Source of the DNA: Massalongia carnosa
Lineage: Eukaryota
Assembly: GCA_965645245.1 (NCBI GenBank)
Contig: OZ287071.1
Coordinates: 2,108,001-2,172,000, forward strand
Reading direction: 5' to 3'
DNA: 64,000 nt
Position numbers and translations under genes: made by a program. Of this stretch, positions 1-12,600 are shown piece by piece (the stretch's first letter is position 1; each line of letters starts with the position of its first letter). Below the pieces are notes generated by a model, which saw only the letters and a list, made by a program, of their open reading frames with translations, had not been told where the DNA came from and searched no databases.

Positions 1-3000
1 CGTCCGGTCTTCCCGCTTTCCCTAGCTTTATCCATGCGGTCACAAAGGGAGGAACCAGCTCTCTGTCACTGGAATAGACGCCGCCACATTTCTGAACTAT
101 GTCCATGATGATTTTTCTTCTCAAGACGCCCACGGAGCCACCCCCTGAGGCTGAGTGTCTTATGGAGGTGACTTTCCGGATTTTCCGTGTAACAGGAGTA
201 GGGACAACGGCGTCCTCAGTAGAAGGAAAAGCTATATTTGGTGGCTGGAGAGAGGATAGTACCATTGATGGGCCGTTTCCGGGCAGGATATCAGCTCGGA
301 CGAGGTCCGATGGAGAGGAAAGCTCTGCGTTGTTTGCGGCGGGCATAAGTTTCGAAGACTTTGGTGGCCCAGAAAATGTTATTGCTGCTTTAGGTGTTGC
401 AGATGTCTGAACCGGGGCTAGAGGTTCAAGCTGACCAGTGATGGCTCCTTCAGATCTATTGAAAGACCCACGCTCAAGATAAGTTGAATGACATTCTTGC
501 TGGTAATCCGGCCGTTCTTTAGCTGTAAGTATCTCGCGATTTGATACGCTTGAGGATTTTAGCATAGCATAAGGCTGATCTCTTGATGAAGATTGATTTT
601 CGCTGGCTGTCCTTACGGATCCAGAGTCGATGGTGATGAAATCCTTTTGCGAGGTTGTAGGGAGGATTCCAACAGATGGCTCAACGGAATCTGTAGACCC
701 AGAACTGGTGGGTTTTCGAGGCGATGCAGCAGAAACCTGATTGACCGCGGTAAATCTCAATATATGTGGACCCACGACCGAGACAGTCTGTCCTTCTGAC
801 TGTAAGCCCGTGAATGTTTGGTCAACGACCGATCCGCTGTTTTCTAAGGATGAGACATGACTGGGTTTGGTACACGTAGAATCGGCAAATAAACCGTCTT
901 TCCCGGCTGTCTGAGGCGTAGATGGCGAGTCTTTACTCCTCTTAGTTAAATTGTACGGCGAAATAGAAGCCGAACTGAGCGAGTAACCTAGGGTTAGTAA
1001 TGATGCCGAGTTTTCTGGAGCTTTTGACAAGTTTACTTGTAGCTCCGGCAAGTAAGATGAGTTCGCTTCACCAACTGCAGCATCCTGAATAATACTGGAA
1101 TTGACCTTTTCAACAGAGGTTGCTTTCTGCTCGGGTGTAGCGGCTTTTTTCAAGAACCATGCGTTTTCATTCAAGCGATCGGATTTGAAGATCACAAGCC
1201 GACACTTCTTGGTTCGACCCCTTTGACCAAGAACCCTTGCACGCAGAGCATCATGGCCAATAAATACACCGCTACCAGCCCTCTCAATCAGACCCGACTG
1301 CTCTTCGTAAGATTTTTCCTTCAATTCATGAAATTTTAGTATTGCTAGATTCTTCCTCTGGCCTCCACCGACCAGTTTTTTCTTAGTAGGACGGATAACA
1401 CTGTGGTCAGGGCTATAGGGGGGTGGCGAATAGCTCGTTGCTGAGGCACCCAGAAGCGGTTGCGTATGCGCTGCGACGGATGGCAAGTAATGAAAGTTGG
1501 CTAAATAGTCAGCTCTGGACCCATCGTCTAAGAGTCTTTTCCTTTTGCGACTCGACGTGTCTAATAAGAACGAGGACTTCGCCTGTCGAGGCTGTAAGTG
1601 GGTAGCCTCTGGCGCTAGGATTTTCAATATCGCCCTTTTATTGATTTTGGGCGGCCGACCTCGCCCACGTCTCGTCCCTATGGCTACCGACTGTAAGGAT
1701 TGGTACCATGACATCAAGTAGGGCGCCGAATGCGCCGCAACAGAAGGCAAAGAAAAGATGGAAGTTTTTTGAGCGAAATCGTGAGTGGCAGCTGAGGGAT
1801 CTTTTGCTTGACCAATCGTATCTGTTAATGGCAGAGTGGATGAAACAAGAAGCGACTGGGTGTGGGCCGCAATGGATGGCATATAGGGTATGGGCTGCTT
1901 TTTAGAAAGCTTTCGCGGCTTTGGTGGGCTAGCAATTTCTTTCAATATAGAAGGAATTTCATCCCCTGCCTCCAAGTACTCTGCGGTTATTTCTGAAAAC
2001 ACATCTTTTCTGACCTGAAGCGGGTCTTCCCCGTATTCGATCCGGCTCATAATTTCCTTCTCTGCTTTGGATTTCTGATACCTCAGGGCGGCCCGTTGGG
2101 AAGCTATATATGTTTTCTTTTGCTTGTCAGTCAGCCCCTCGGGCAACCCCGTCCTTGGGACTTTACGCGGTCGACCTTTATGATGCTCTATGTTGACGGG
2201 TTTACTAGCTTCCCCCCGGCGGTCAACGCTCTGCTTTGGAAGCCTCCTATTTCTGGCTGTGTATTGAACTTCTAAAACACATAAGCATGAGATTGAGAGG
2301 AACAGAACTTGGTATCATACTATATGTACCATCCGGAAGCTTCTTAACGATCGGGTCTCGATGGGTGTAGATTGGCGCGGCATCGAGAGCACATATACAT
2401 TCAGACAAGGTCGCATCGTTTTCACGACCTTGAAATAGGGAGTTTTGCAGTCTAGGGAACCCATATTCATCTAGCTCCGGCACGGCATCCATAGCCGCTG
2501 CGGATCCTTTTATCTCTTCGAAGTTTTTAGTCATAGCAACAACTGCCTCCCATGAAGCATCGCCGTTCTCAACCATCTTCTTATAATTATCATGTGTGAA
2601 ATGAATATAATGAGAAGCCCTATTAGCCAATGCAGTGTCCCTTAGAATGGCTAGATGACGAAGATGTAACGGCTGCGAGGCCGGCCAGAATTCCACCAGC
2701 CGACCGAGCTGATGTTCTGCAGGTCTCAGCATAAATCGGCCGAATCCTTGGCTCTTAAGGTCCTGAGTGAATAGGTTAGCATGGCTTATCTAGACCAGTT
2801 ATCATTGACTGACCATGGTGCTCAGTCCTTGCGTGCCTGTCCTGTGGATGAGGTCGTACAAGAAATTGGTTATACAACCAGATCCTGTCCATTGAGGTAC
2901 AACTCGCTCAACCTCTTGCAAATTCTTCCTTTCAGCGTCGTTATGAGATAATACAGCATCTGCCGGCTGTCCAGGTTGGTTGCCGTCAGTTTCATCGTCT

Positions 3001-4487
3001 TCAGTGTCTATCTCTTCGACTTCGTCTATCCTCGATGGGATTATCTTTCTGTAGCCTTGCCCAAAGAGTTTCTGAGATTCCTTCTCTCTAAGCTCCCGAA
3101 TCAACTTGACGCACCGAAAATATCTGAGAGTTGGCCTTGGAGTATTATCAAGGGCTCTAACTTGCTTTACACATCCCAATGCTTCGAGTTTTCGAAGTAT
3201 AACAGATAAAGTTCGCCTCTCCCAGCGTAAGGACGAGACGCCCTGAACAGCTGTCAGTAACATGACCTTGGTGTGTGGTCTAGACAAAACCAACAAGCTT
3301 TCTCTTTAGATCGTCGCGCGTTATGAGCTTGGTCTCGTGTAATATATCGAAAATAATGTGAGACAATGCAACCAAATCAGCTCGGCCATCCCGAAAACAT
3401 TTTTCTAGCAACGTTCGATCATCCTGATCCACTATTTCAACGACTTGTTTTGTCGCGAAGGGCTTCGCTTCGCAAAAATTAGAATCGGGAACAAATCGCC
3501 TTAGAATGCACAGGCTTGTTCTGGACCCTCCTGTCTGTACAGGCCGTTTGATGATATACCCATTAAGATAGAGCTGCTGGGTGCGGCGAGGAACCGATCG
3601 CTTGTCCTGGCCACTGATCCTTACCAGGTTCGGTTGTAAGATACCGTCGGACCCATGTGCTGCGATAATAGAGAGACAGGCGAATTCTAGGTGCGGAACC
3701 TTCGCAAAATCAATGCCATGACCTGCAATTGCATGCCATATTCGATTTGCACTCGTATAAAGCCGAAGTTCTTGCTTATCGTTTGGCTTTGACTCGCTAA
3801 CATTAGGAATATTTTGAACCTTTGTGAGTTCGGTGAGGGCTTGGTTTGCGAAAGGGGTTTGATTCTTGCCAAGAGCCTCTGTTTGAGACTGACCGTGCCG
3901 AGAATGGCTTGTGAAAGCATCGTGCTCAATTGAAGCAACCACATTTCCTGGGTTTTCCTGGTGCAGTGGAGCAGAGTTAATAGCTTCTACCTCGGCCAAA
4001 GTTAATTTATTCCCCTGGCCAATTGGTCCCACACGACACTCCGGATGTCTAATAAGCCAAAGCCAGACTTGCTCCAGAAAGGAACGGTCAATGGTAAAAA
4101 AGCTGGAGGGAGTAATGGCGTTGTCATCCCCCAAGGGTGCGTCCACGTTTATATACGAGGGGTTCGCATAAAAGGCTTCAATATATCTCGGTATATTCGA
4201 CGGGTGCGCTCCTAAAATAAATTATTAATCCGAACTCTTTTCTGTGTGTTGTAAAATGGCAAAATTAATCATTAACTATGCTGAACAAGAATTGAGATCT
4301 GCGAAATACGAGATACCGAGTGAAGAGAAAATCCAAAAAGAAAATAGCCAATGAGGAAAGTATGAAAAGACATCTCAACGCCAAAGGAGTAATTAAAAAT
4401 CAGAAAAAAACCCTTACCTTGATCCCCACTCAGCGCAATCTCCTCCAGCAAATGGCGAATCAGATCATCCAAGCTTTTCACCACCAT
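1..4487 (-). CDS. TFC3: RNA polymerase III transcription factor TFIIIC B-block-binding (largest) subunit, Tfc3/Sfc3-like; multi-exon, runs off the window start
   Basis: ATG at 4487 gives MVVKSLDDLIRHLLEEIALSGDQG, then a GT-AG intron 4417-4212. Following exons (ORFs 3280-4146, 2802-3296, 2247-2732) carry the B-block winged-helix segment LSIIAAHGSDGILQPNLVRISGQDKRSVPRRTQQL. AT-hook-like GRPRK/RGRP motifs lie further 3'. Later exon boundaries are approximate. Confidence 0.85.
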
Positions 4488-4558
4488 ACTGTCACAGCCT
4501 TTATCCTCATCCTTCTCAAGTGAAACCAAAACAAAACGAAAATGATGATTGTCGTGGT

Positions 4559-4571
4559 GAGATTCGAACTC
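4559..4571 (-). promoter_or_regulatory. Pol III B-box (GAGTTCGAATCTC), candidate extra-TFIIIC (ETC-like) site
   Basis: Matches the B-box consensus GWTCRANNC with a purine before and C-T-C after. Lies ~72 bp upstream of the TFIIIC subunit ATG, with no complete tRNA around it. Confidence 0.55.
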
Positions 4572-5050
4572 TAGGAGGTGGGTTATGTGTGGTAGCGTGG
4601 CGTAATGGTAACAAGGATGGTCCCAAGGGATTGGTAGTAGGTGGGGTTAACTAACACGTGACTCTCTACCTATGAAGTTCAATGTATCACATGTCTATCT
4701 CGGTAATAAAGGATCGAGTGTGTAGTGCCTTGGGATGGAGGAATTTGATATGGGGCAAGAACAACAAGCAAAGTAGACGTTCCTAGGTTGTTCCAAGAGA
4801 AGATCCGGATAATTTCCGAGTGAGTTGTTTGGACAATAAATGTTCTCTATTAGTTGTTTAGAGTCTCGCAAGCTCTCACCACACACACACACATACAAAA
4901 TCTGGTATATAAAATCTAACGGTAAAATCAACGCTTCCCAAAAATCCAGCCACTCTTGTTAGATAAGATGAGACTGATGCTCCCATACAATGAAACCACT
5001 CCAAAACCCCCCCCCCCTTCCCGAGCCAGAAAACCGATAGTCCAAGGCCA

Positions 5051-6482
5051 TCATCGAGTCGACCACCATGGCTTCTTAGTCCGACTCCAATCCTTCTCTG
5101 CAGCCCCCTTCAAGTCATCCACGTTCAACAGGTCCACTCCCTCCTTGACCAAGATATCCCACACATGGTTCCTTAGACTAATGGGCCAAAACGGTAGTTC
5201 CCAGTACCTCGCTTTCAAGCCCCTCGAATGCGCCTCACGGATTTGCTCCCGGAGGAGCTCCATCTGCTGATCGGAGAATTTGTCGTCGGAAAGACCGCGG
5301 AACACCTTCTTAAACGATACACTGGCGTAATACGAGTTCATGGTAGTGTAGGAGTTTGTATTGTGGGATAACTGGCTGTCCCTAAGGACTACCTTTCGGC
5401 TAAGTTTAAGCGTGATAGGGTCAGCCTCTGCCGGACCACGTGCGATCACTCCGTTTTTCTCCACCCGCAGCTGATCAAGCGGCGCGTCGAAGAAGACATC
5501 GAGGTGGGGGTTCGAGTCTTGGGAGGCGATCAAATCGAACGGAGCATTGCCAGTGCCAACAATGGTGATGGGCCCGTAAACGAGCTGGCTGCCATTCAGA
5601 TAGGTAAGATAACCACGCTCGCGAAGCGGCTGAAGAGTAGAAAGAAGATAAGGCCATAACTCTTCGCCAGAAGTTTTGAAGTCGATGAGCAGGACGAGGG
5701 ATTGGGACGGGTTAGTATCAAAAACGCCCTGGGGGCTACCGTCTCCCCCAGGGTGGAAGCGAGTGATAGGGTTCTGATGCGCGAGGATATCAAGGAGGGG
5801 ATTTAGGTAGAGATTTTTGAGAGTGCGGTTAGGCGTGAGGCTAGCGGTGGAATGTCCCACGTACAGCTCTTGATCAAACAGCCAAATATCAGCTTCCACG
5901 CTAACGCAACCTGCGCTGATCGCAGAGTATAGGGGCACAAGTCGCCAGTAGTCGTTGTGTGAGTGACATGGTATGGGTTTTATGCCCCGAGAGAAGTCTG
6001 TTGGCCACGACGAGAGTCCTTCACCGATTTTTCCCGGTTTCCCCCATACTCTTGTTATTCGATAAGCGCCGCTCGTGACGCCTGTGCCCATTAATCCGCC
6101 GAGAAGAAGAATGAATCCACTAGGCGCAAGCCACGGTTAGGGCTCGACAAGCAAACGCTACAACAATTGAGAGAACTTACATCAACAGGAGGGCTCCTAC
6201 ACAGCATCTTAACAAGCCGCGGGATTTCTTCTGTTGCGTCGACATGGCTTTCCCACAATGTGCACAAGAGCCATTGACGATGGAGGTAGCATCAGGGTTC
6301 CACAAGGGTGCATGTGGAAAGCAGGAGTTTAGAAGATTTTCCCATCTTGACCGTTGCTCATGGGCTATCGGATGATTGTCATAAAAATGAAAATGTGCGC
6401 GAGTAGAATGTGAAGCTGAAGCTGAAGAATGAATAAAGTTTCGGGTAGGAGTGGTCGCAGATTCTGATTCGTTGGACACCAT
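5051..6482 (-). CDS. AIM6: AIM6-like PLC-type phosphodiesterase domain protein with an N-terminal transmembrane segment
   Basis: Motifs PIPCHSHNDYWR, GCVSVEADIW, LLIDFK, RGLKARYW and GVDLLNVDDL. Intron 6180-6120 joins exon 1 (..CCVGALLL) to IGFILLLGGLMG. Start at 6482 is the most likely ATG. Confidence 0.8.
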
Positions 6483-6924
6483 CTTTTCTCTCTTTCCTCC
6501 AGGTTCCAGGTTCCGGGCCCTGCAAGGGAAGTGTCTTGGCACTCAACCCCTCCTAGTAGTCGGGGATTTTCGCCTTGGGATTTTCTTGGCGATCTATCGT
6601 GGAACTGGAACTCTCAACCATGCACTTGGTGTCCTCATATAGTTAATCAGCAACGTACAGAGTACAAGTCAAAATTAAGTTCGTTTGTAGTCAAAGAAGG
6701 TCGCAAGAACTCAATCAGGCCCACGACACTACAGTGGCTAGATCCGCATCTAGTTACCAGCAATGGCGCAACCGCACCAGGCGTTGGCCAGGATCGACAG
6801 GAGAGGGCCGGATTGTCGGATGAGCAGTATGAACTGTCACCTGTTTTTTTCCCAGGGTTCGTCCGAGGCTGGACTGTCAGATGGAAAGGCACTTGGGGAT
6901 GGTGTGTTGAATGTTCAACTTCTA

Positions 6925-8950
6925 CAGTGAACCCTGGCTATAACGAATCGATGATTCCATGAAAAAAATTCGTTATAACCAGTTTTCGTTATAACCTTAA
7001 TTTCTACGAAAACATCTCATTTTCTACCTAAAATAGCTGGTAATGGTCATCTGCTTTCTAGTATTGATTTCCCCATTTAGCATAACCTGCTCCGAAGCAT
7101 TCAAACGTTGAATCAGATCGATGTCGCCATCTTCCTGTTGCTCATGAAATGTACGTAGTATTCTCAAAGCTTGAATAGCTTCAGAGTATTTCACTGTAGG
7201 TTTGACGATCTCATCTTCATCCGATTCTTCAATTTGACCCTCGGCGTATGCATCCACAATAGTATCAAGAATATCATCATCATCATCCTCAATGATTTCT
7301 TCCGCGGGATTGAGACATCGTTCAATACTTATGACGTCTTGAATGCGATCATTCTTCTTCAACTGCTGCAATGTAGTGCTCATCTCTTTTACTAGTTGAT
7401 TGTAGTCTTCCGTCTCTTGATCAACTGCCTTCGACCAACCCTTTTCTTTCGTCCAGCCCATTTTCTTCGCTTGCAATTGCGTAGTAGGTCCGTAATTTGC
7501 TGAGAATACCAAAGACTTAATCCAGCAGTTGACGATAGTAGCGGGTTTGACGTCATACTCCCAAGCAGTCATTGACCAACGAATAGCTTGCAAAATATGC
7601 ATGTTCTTAAAAGGATCTTTGTCCGCATCATACTGATCACATAAAAAGGCTAGCCATTTTCGCTTGTAGTGAGCCTTAAACGTCTTGATGATGCCTTGAT
7701 CCAATGGTTGACAGATGCTTGTAGCATTGGCAGGAAGAAATATCACTTTAACGTTTGATTCAGGATTTGATTCTGAATACTGACGATAGCCAGCAACATG
7801 AGCTGAAAATCCATCGACTAGCAAGACTACTTTGCGATTTGTTTGACGACTAAACCATTGCAAATACTCTTGAAATAATACTCCCGTCATCCATGCCTTT
7901 CTATTGCTTCGCCATAGCATATTCAGGTTGCTAACGTTGATCCCCTCACGCGTAAAACAGCGAGGTGTTTTTGCCGTACCAATGAACAAAAGTGGAAGTT
8001 TATGAGTGCCCGTTGCATTAACGCAAAAATTAACGGTTATTCTAGCTTTCTCAAGCTTCAATCCAGCAGATGAAGCTGTAGCCAACGTTCCATTCGGATT
8101 CATCTTCCAATACAAGGCAGCCTCATCCATGTTGTATACATCGTCTTGATCGTACGGAGCCAACTTAATTCTCAAGTCCCTCAATTCTTCTTCCACTGTC
8201 TCCTTGTCAACTGATGCCGCTTCTCCATGTCGAATACGAAAGGAGATGGAATGACGAGCTTTAAAAGCATCTAGCCAACCGTTAGAAATTTGGGCATTTC
8301 TTCATGAGAGTATTGAGGAAGTCTTGTCCAGATTTTCTTTGCCATCTCCTTCAATAACTCTCCCGTCACAGTCGCCTGCTTTGTCTGCATTCGTTGTTGC
8401 CATTCGAAAAGAGCCGCTTCAAGATCCGGCCAAAAAGAAGCTTTCAATCTTTTGATATCAGGTTGAAATGTCTCCTTCTCATTTAAACGATCGTATTTTC
8501 GAGAAAGAATATCCGATATTGTAGATTCCGAAGGTGTATGACCGAATTCAGCTTCAAACCAGACTTGAAGAGCTTTGCCGAAAGGTCTTTTAACGAAATT
8601 ATTCTGAACATACTGACGAAGCGCGTGTTTTTCTGCATCTGTGATAGGTCGACGACGTTTTTTGGAGGAAGAATTCATGATGAGTTGTTGGTTATTAAAA
8701 GGATATGTTATCTATCGATAGGATGCGCAGCATGTAGTACTACGTATCAAGAATTTTTATCAGCTAATCCTAAAAGGGTAATTGCCGAGGTCTAGTTATA
8801 GCGAATCACTAAGAAACTTTCTAAAATTGCTTACGAATTCGCAATAGGCCGACATTCGTTATTTTACATACAAGAATCGCTCATCCATGAAAAAAATTCG
8901 TTATAAGCCGAATTCGTTGGAAAAAGGTTCGTTTTAACCAGGGTTCACTG
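6925..8950 (-). mobile_element. Tc1/mariner superfamily pogo/Tigger-like DNA transposon (element A)
   Basis: TIRs CAGTGAACCCTGG...CCAGGGTTCACTG flanked by TA (6923-24, 8951-52). Subterminal TTCGTTATAA repeats and a CENP-B-type HTH + DDE_1 transposase. Confidence 0.93.
7024..8678 (-). CDS. pogo/Tigger (CENP-B HTH + DDE_1) transposase with one frameshift
   Basis: Motifs WPDLEAALFEW, YNMDEAALYW, LLVDGFSAH and QPLDQGII. A single missing T in a T-run at ~8286-8288 (KF|SNGWL) separates ORFs 8271-8678 and 7024-8196. Confidence 0.85.
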
Positions 8951-8952
8951 TA

Positions 8953-11233
8953 CAGTCAAACCTTCCTATAACGATTTTGGTTATAACGATAATCGCTCCA
9001 CAACGATTGGTTGCAGAAATCCGGCAATTTTAGGTGCAAAATAACGATAATCTCCCTATTACGATATCGTTAGTAAATCTCAAAATTTTTGTAGGGTATC
9101 GTTATACATAGAAGCCAGGTTGCACCTCGACCGAACTTCCTGCTTAAATAATGCAGTGTAGTTTTTTGATAGGTATATATATAGGGAGCCTATTCTGCTA
9201 TATTTTCATAGAATCACTCTTTACTAGAGGTAGTAATAGAAGCAGTCACAAATCAAGCTCTGGTTAAGCTGATTAGCCAAGTCGTTCCCGTTTGTTGTAT
9301 TACCATTTGATAACCTAGCCTCCTACTTCCAAGATATTCGCCGAGTATTCACAACATCATGTCGTCCATCTTGAATAGACCTATTAGCTCCTCCGCCGGC
9401 GTCAAGCGACGACGAGCTATTACTGACGCTGAGAGAAAGGCCTTGCGAGCTCAATATAATCAGGCGGATCATCCCAAGCCCAATTCCAACTCCTTAATAG
9501 CCTGGTTTCTAAATCAGTTTGGTCGTAAGCTGTCTCAATCCACGGTTTCTGTCTGTTTGTCTCATCAGTATGATCATCTGGATGATTCAAGACTCATTCA
9601 TCCGCAATCAAAGAAGAGACAGCCAGCAAATTGGGAAGATCTGGAGATGGCGTTGTACGAATGGCAGCAGAAACAGGAGCTCAAGCATGCCACCATAACA
9701 GGTGATATATTGAAGGCCATGGCCAAAAGATTCTGGGCTCGAATGCCGCAATATCAAGGCGTTGAGGAGCCCAAATTCTCAACAGGCTGGTTGGACGGCT
9801 TCAAGAAGCGGTATAAGATTCATAGAGTAGTTCGTCATGGCGAAGCTGCTGCGGTAGATCAAGCAACAGTGGAGCTTGAACTCGTGAATCTCAGGGAAGA
9901 ACTAAAGTCGTATCCTAATGAAGACATCTATAACATGGACGAATCAGCTCTATACTGGAAAATGACGCCGGATCGTACCTTGGCAGTGTCTGATTCAGCT
10001 GGTGTTAAGTTGAATAAGTCTAGAATCACCATCAATCTTTGTTGTAATGTCGTGGGTCACAAGATGGATCCCTGGTTTATTGGAACGGCAGCAAAGCCTC
10101 GCTGTTTTGCTCGATCTGGCGTCAAGATAGAAAACCTACCGATGACTTGGCGTCATAACAAAAAAGCATGGATGACAGGCAAGATATTCAAAGAGTATCT
10201 TCTATGGTTCAACGCTTTGACCGCAGATCGCAATGTAGTGCTTCTAGTAGATGGGTTTTCATCCCATCACGCCGGATTGAAGCTTTTAGAAGCAGATGAA
10301 ACTGCTCTGAACAACGTCAAGGTACGTTAGACTGATGTGTATTTTCAAGAGCGTCGATTAATCAACTTTTTAGGTACTTTTCTTACCTGCCAACGCCACA
10401 AGCGTCTGTCAACCTCTTGATCAAGGCATCATCAAGGCCTTTAAAGCTCATTATCGTCGGCATTGGTTGAATTACATCTGTTCGGAATATGATTTGGATC
10501 GCGATCCGTTAAAGTCAATTCATATTCTACAAGCTCTTCGATGGAGTGTAGCTGCTTGGCAAGAAGACGTTTCTTCTACTACAATTGCCAATTGCTGGTT
10601 GAAATCCAAAGTTTTGGGTCCAAAGTACGGACCTGTTTCGGAAAGTGTGGCTATACAATTGGGGTGGAAGGAGCAGTCTGATGCAGATGATGTCAAGCAG
10701 CGAGAGATGATCAAGCAGATGGACGCTACAATACGGACTCTACAAGACAAAAATCACATCACAGAGGCGATGAAGATAGATCATTTCTTGGATCTCGTGG
10801 ATGAGGTGGTGGAAGACAACGAGGAGGAGATATTTGAACAGATTCTGGACAGTTATAGTCACCCTTTGATTGAACGAGACCATGAGACAGATGAGGAGCA
10901 AGAGATGATGGCAAAAGTGAGCAGTGCAGAAGCTATTACTGCTTTGAATAGACTCTGTCTCTACGAGGAGCAACAAGACAACGGTAACAGCGAGGTTTTG
11001 CGATGTTTGACACGTTATCGACGGGATATCAGAGGCAGAGGCACACAGGAGTTGCAGCAACAGTCTATTCAGACTTATTTTCATGCTATATAGATTCTTA
11101 GGTCTATGAATCTCATCATCACACATAACCGTTATGTTTAACTTATAAATAATATATTCTGGCTATAACGATAATCTGGCTATAACGATTGGCCGGCGTG
11201 GACAAACCCTATCGTTATAGGAAGGTTTGACTG
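8953..11233 (+). mobile_element. pogo/Tigger-like DNA transposon (element B), apparently intact
   Basis: Perfect 23-bp TIRs CAGTCAAACCTTCCTATAACGAT / ATCGTTATAGGAAGGTTTGACTG. TA on both sides (8951-52 shared with element A; 11234-35). Subterminal ATAACGAT repeats. Confidence 0.95.
9359..11093 (+). CDS. pogo/Tigger transposase, 560 aa after splicing
   Basis: Exons 9359-10321 and 10374-11093. The GTACGT...TTTTAG intron restores NVK|VLFLPANATSVCQPLDQG in frame. No stops remain. Confidence 0.88.
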
Positions 11234-11451
11234 TACCAGCATTGCCTAGCCGATAGATTAGATAAGATCAGATCTAATCTAATCGCATGGAGGCTCGGAT
11301 AAACTATTATCATCTCGCTTAGCAGAAGTGACCAAGATAAAAAGAACAGATTGCTCTGCACTCCGTAGCAACTCTGCATCCTTAACATCATGGTCATACA
11401 GGCCCCTATCTTTACATAGTCATATAGCCATAGTCATAGACCTATTCAACA

Positions 11452-11465
11452 GGTTATGAGCCCAG
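11452..11465 (+). promoter_or_regulatory. Copia primer-binding site of the tRNAiMet half-molecule type
   Basis: GGTTATGAGCCCAG directly after the LTR-terminal CA. This is the type of PBS known from Drosophila copia and yeast Ty5. Confidence 0.8.
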
Positions 11466-11892
11466 AAGGGCGCTATCGATCATACAGGAATCGAAGCAAT
11501 TCTTATCCGCAGCATCACGATGCAAAATCATTAGCTGAGCATCATTTTCCTTTCTCGAAAAGAACTAGATGGACAATGCAAAGACTAAATCTCTACTTGT
11601 TTACAAACCTGAATCAGGCGGGATTCGCACCCGCAAGTCTAGCTAGTTGAACCGCTTCGTGAAAGCACATCATGACAACCTCTCAATCAGATAGAGACGT
11701 TTAACAACAACGCCACCTGATCCAGCGTTCCCTACCTACAAAGGGTTATCAGAAAGAGCATGGAAGTCATCTACATCATAAGCAGAGAGGCTCTTTGCCA
11801 GACTACAAGCATCAGAAGACATTCTCTTCATATCAGACCATCAGAATGCTCTCATGCCCGAATATCTGAGAGGCACTCCGGAGGATGACGTT

Positions 11893-12600
11893 GACCCAGA
11901 GGCAGACTCCAGTGGACCAATTCCATTGTTTGCCCTCTGTTGCATCACCATCCATTTGACTTTTGACCCAGAGGCAGACTCCAGTGGACTAGCTCCAAGG
12001 TTTGACCTCTGCTGCATCATCACTCATTTGACATTGACCCAGAGACAGACTCCAGTGGACCAGTTCCAATGAGTGACCTCTGCTGCATCATCATTCATTT
12101 GACTTTGACCCAGAGACAGAACTCCAGTGGACCAGTTCCAATGAGTGACCTCTGCTGCATCATCATTCATTTGACTTTGACCCAGAGACAGAACTCCAGT
12201 GGACCAGTTCCAACGATTGACCTCTGCTGCATCATCATTCATTTGACTTTGACCCAGGAACAGACCTTTTCACTGAGTTTTGTTCAAAAACCGCGCAGCG
12301 TGGCCTTGACCACTCATGAAACTCTGATTTCTGCTGAATCATCAATTGACTGACGTTGACCCAAGGGCAGACTTCATTCTGACTTTTGCTGCATCACCAC
12401 TCAACTTACTTTGACCCAGAGACCGACCATCTAAACTATCTTTCAGGGTCCGATTTCTGCTGAATCATCAAATGACTGACGTTGACCCAAGGGCAGACTT
12501 CATTCTGACTTTTGCTGCATCACCACTCAACATACTTTGATCCAGAGACAGACTTCGGAAATTCAGTTCCAAGGTTTGATCCTTGCTGCATCATTCATCA
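11893..12600 (+). repeat. Tandem array in the copia 5' leader: ~71-72-bp units followed by a 126-bp-period duplication
   Basis: Unit GACCCAGAGACAGA(A)CTCCAGTGGACCAGTTCCAA..GACCTCTGCTGCATCATCATTCATTTGACTTT repeats ~5 times. Degenerate copies follow, with the block at 12326 duplicated at 12452. Confidence 0.9.

Noticed and set aside
4550..4680. Possible tRNA gene (tRNA-like GGTAGCGTGGCGTAATGGT plus a TTCGAAT loop)
   Set aside because: The A-box-like and B-box sequences are on opposite strands and no cloverleaf can be formed. Kept only as a solitary B-box.
11893..12600. CRISPR-like array
   Set aside because: Units are contiguous tandem copies without unique spacers, inside a eukaryotic retrotransposon, with no cas genes.
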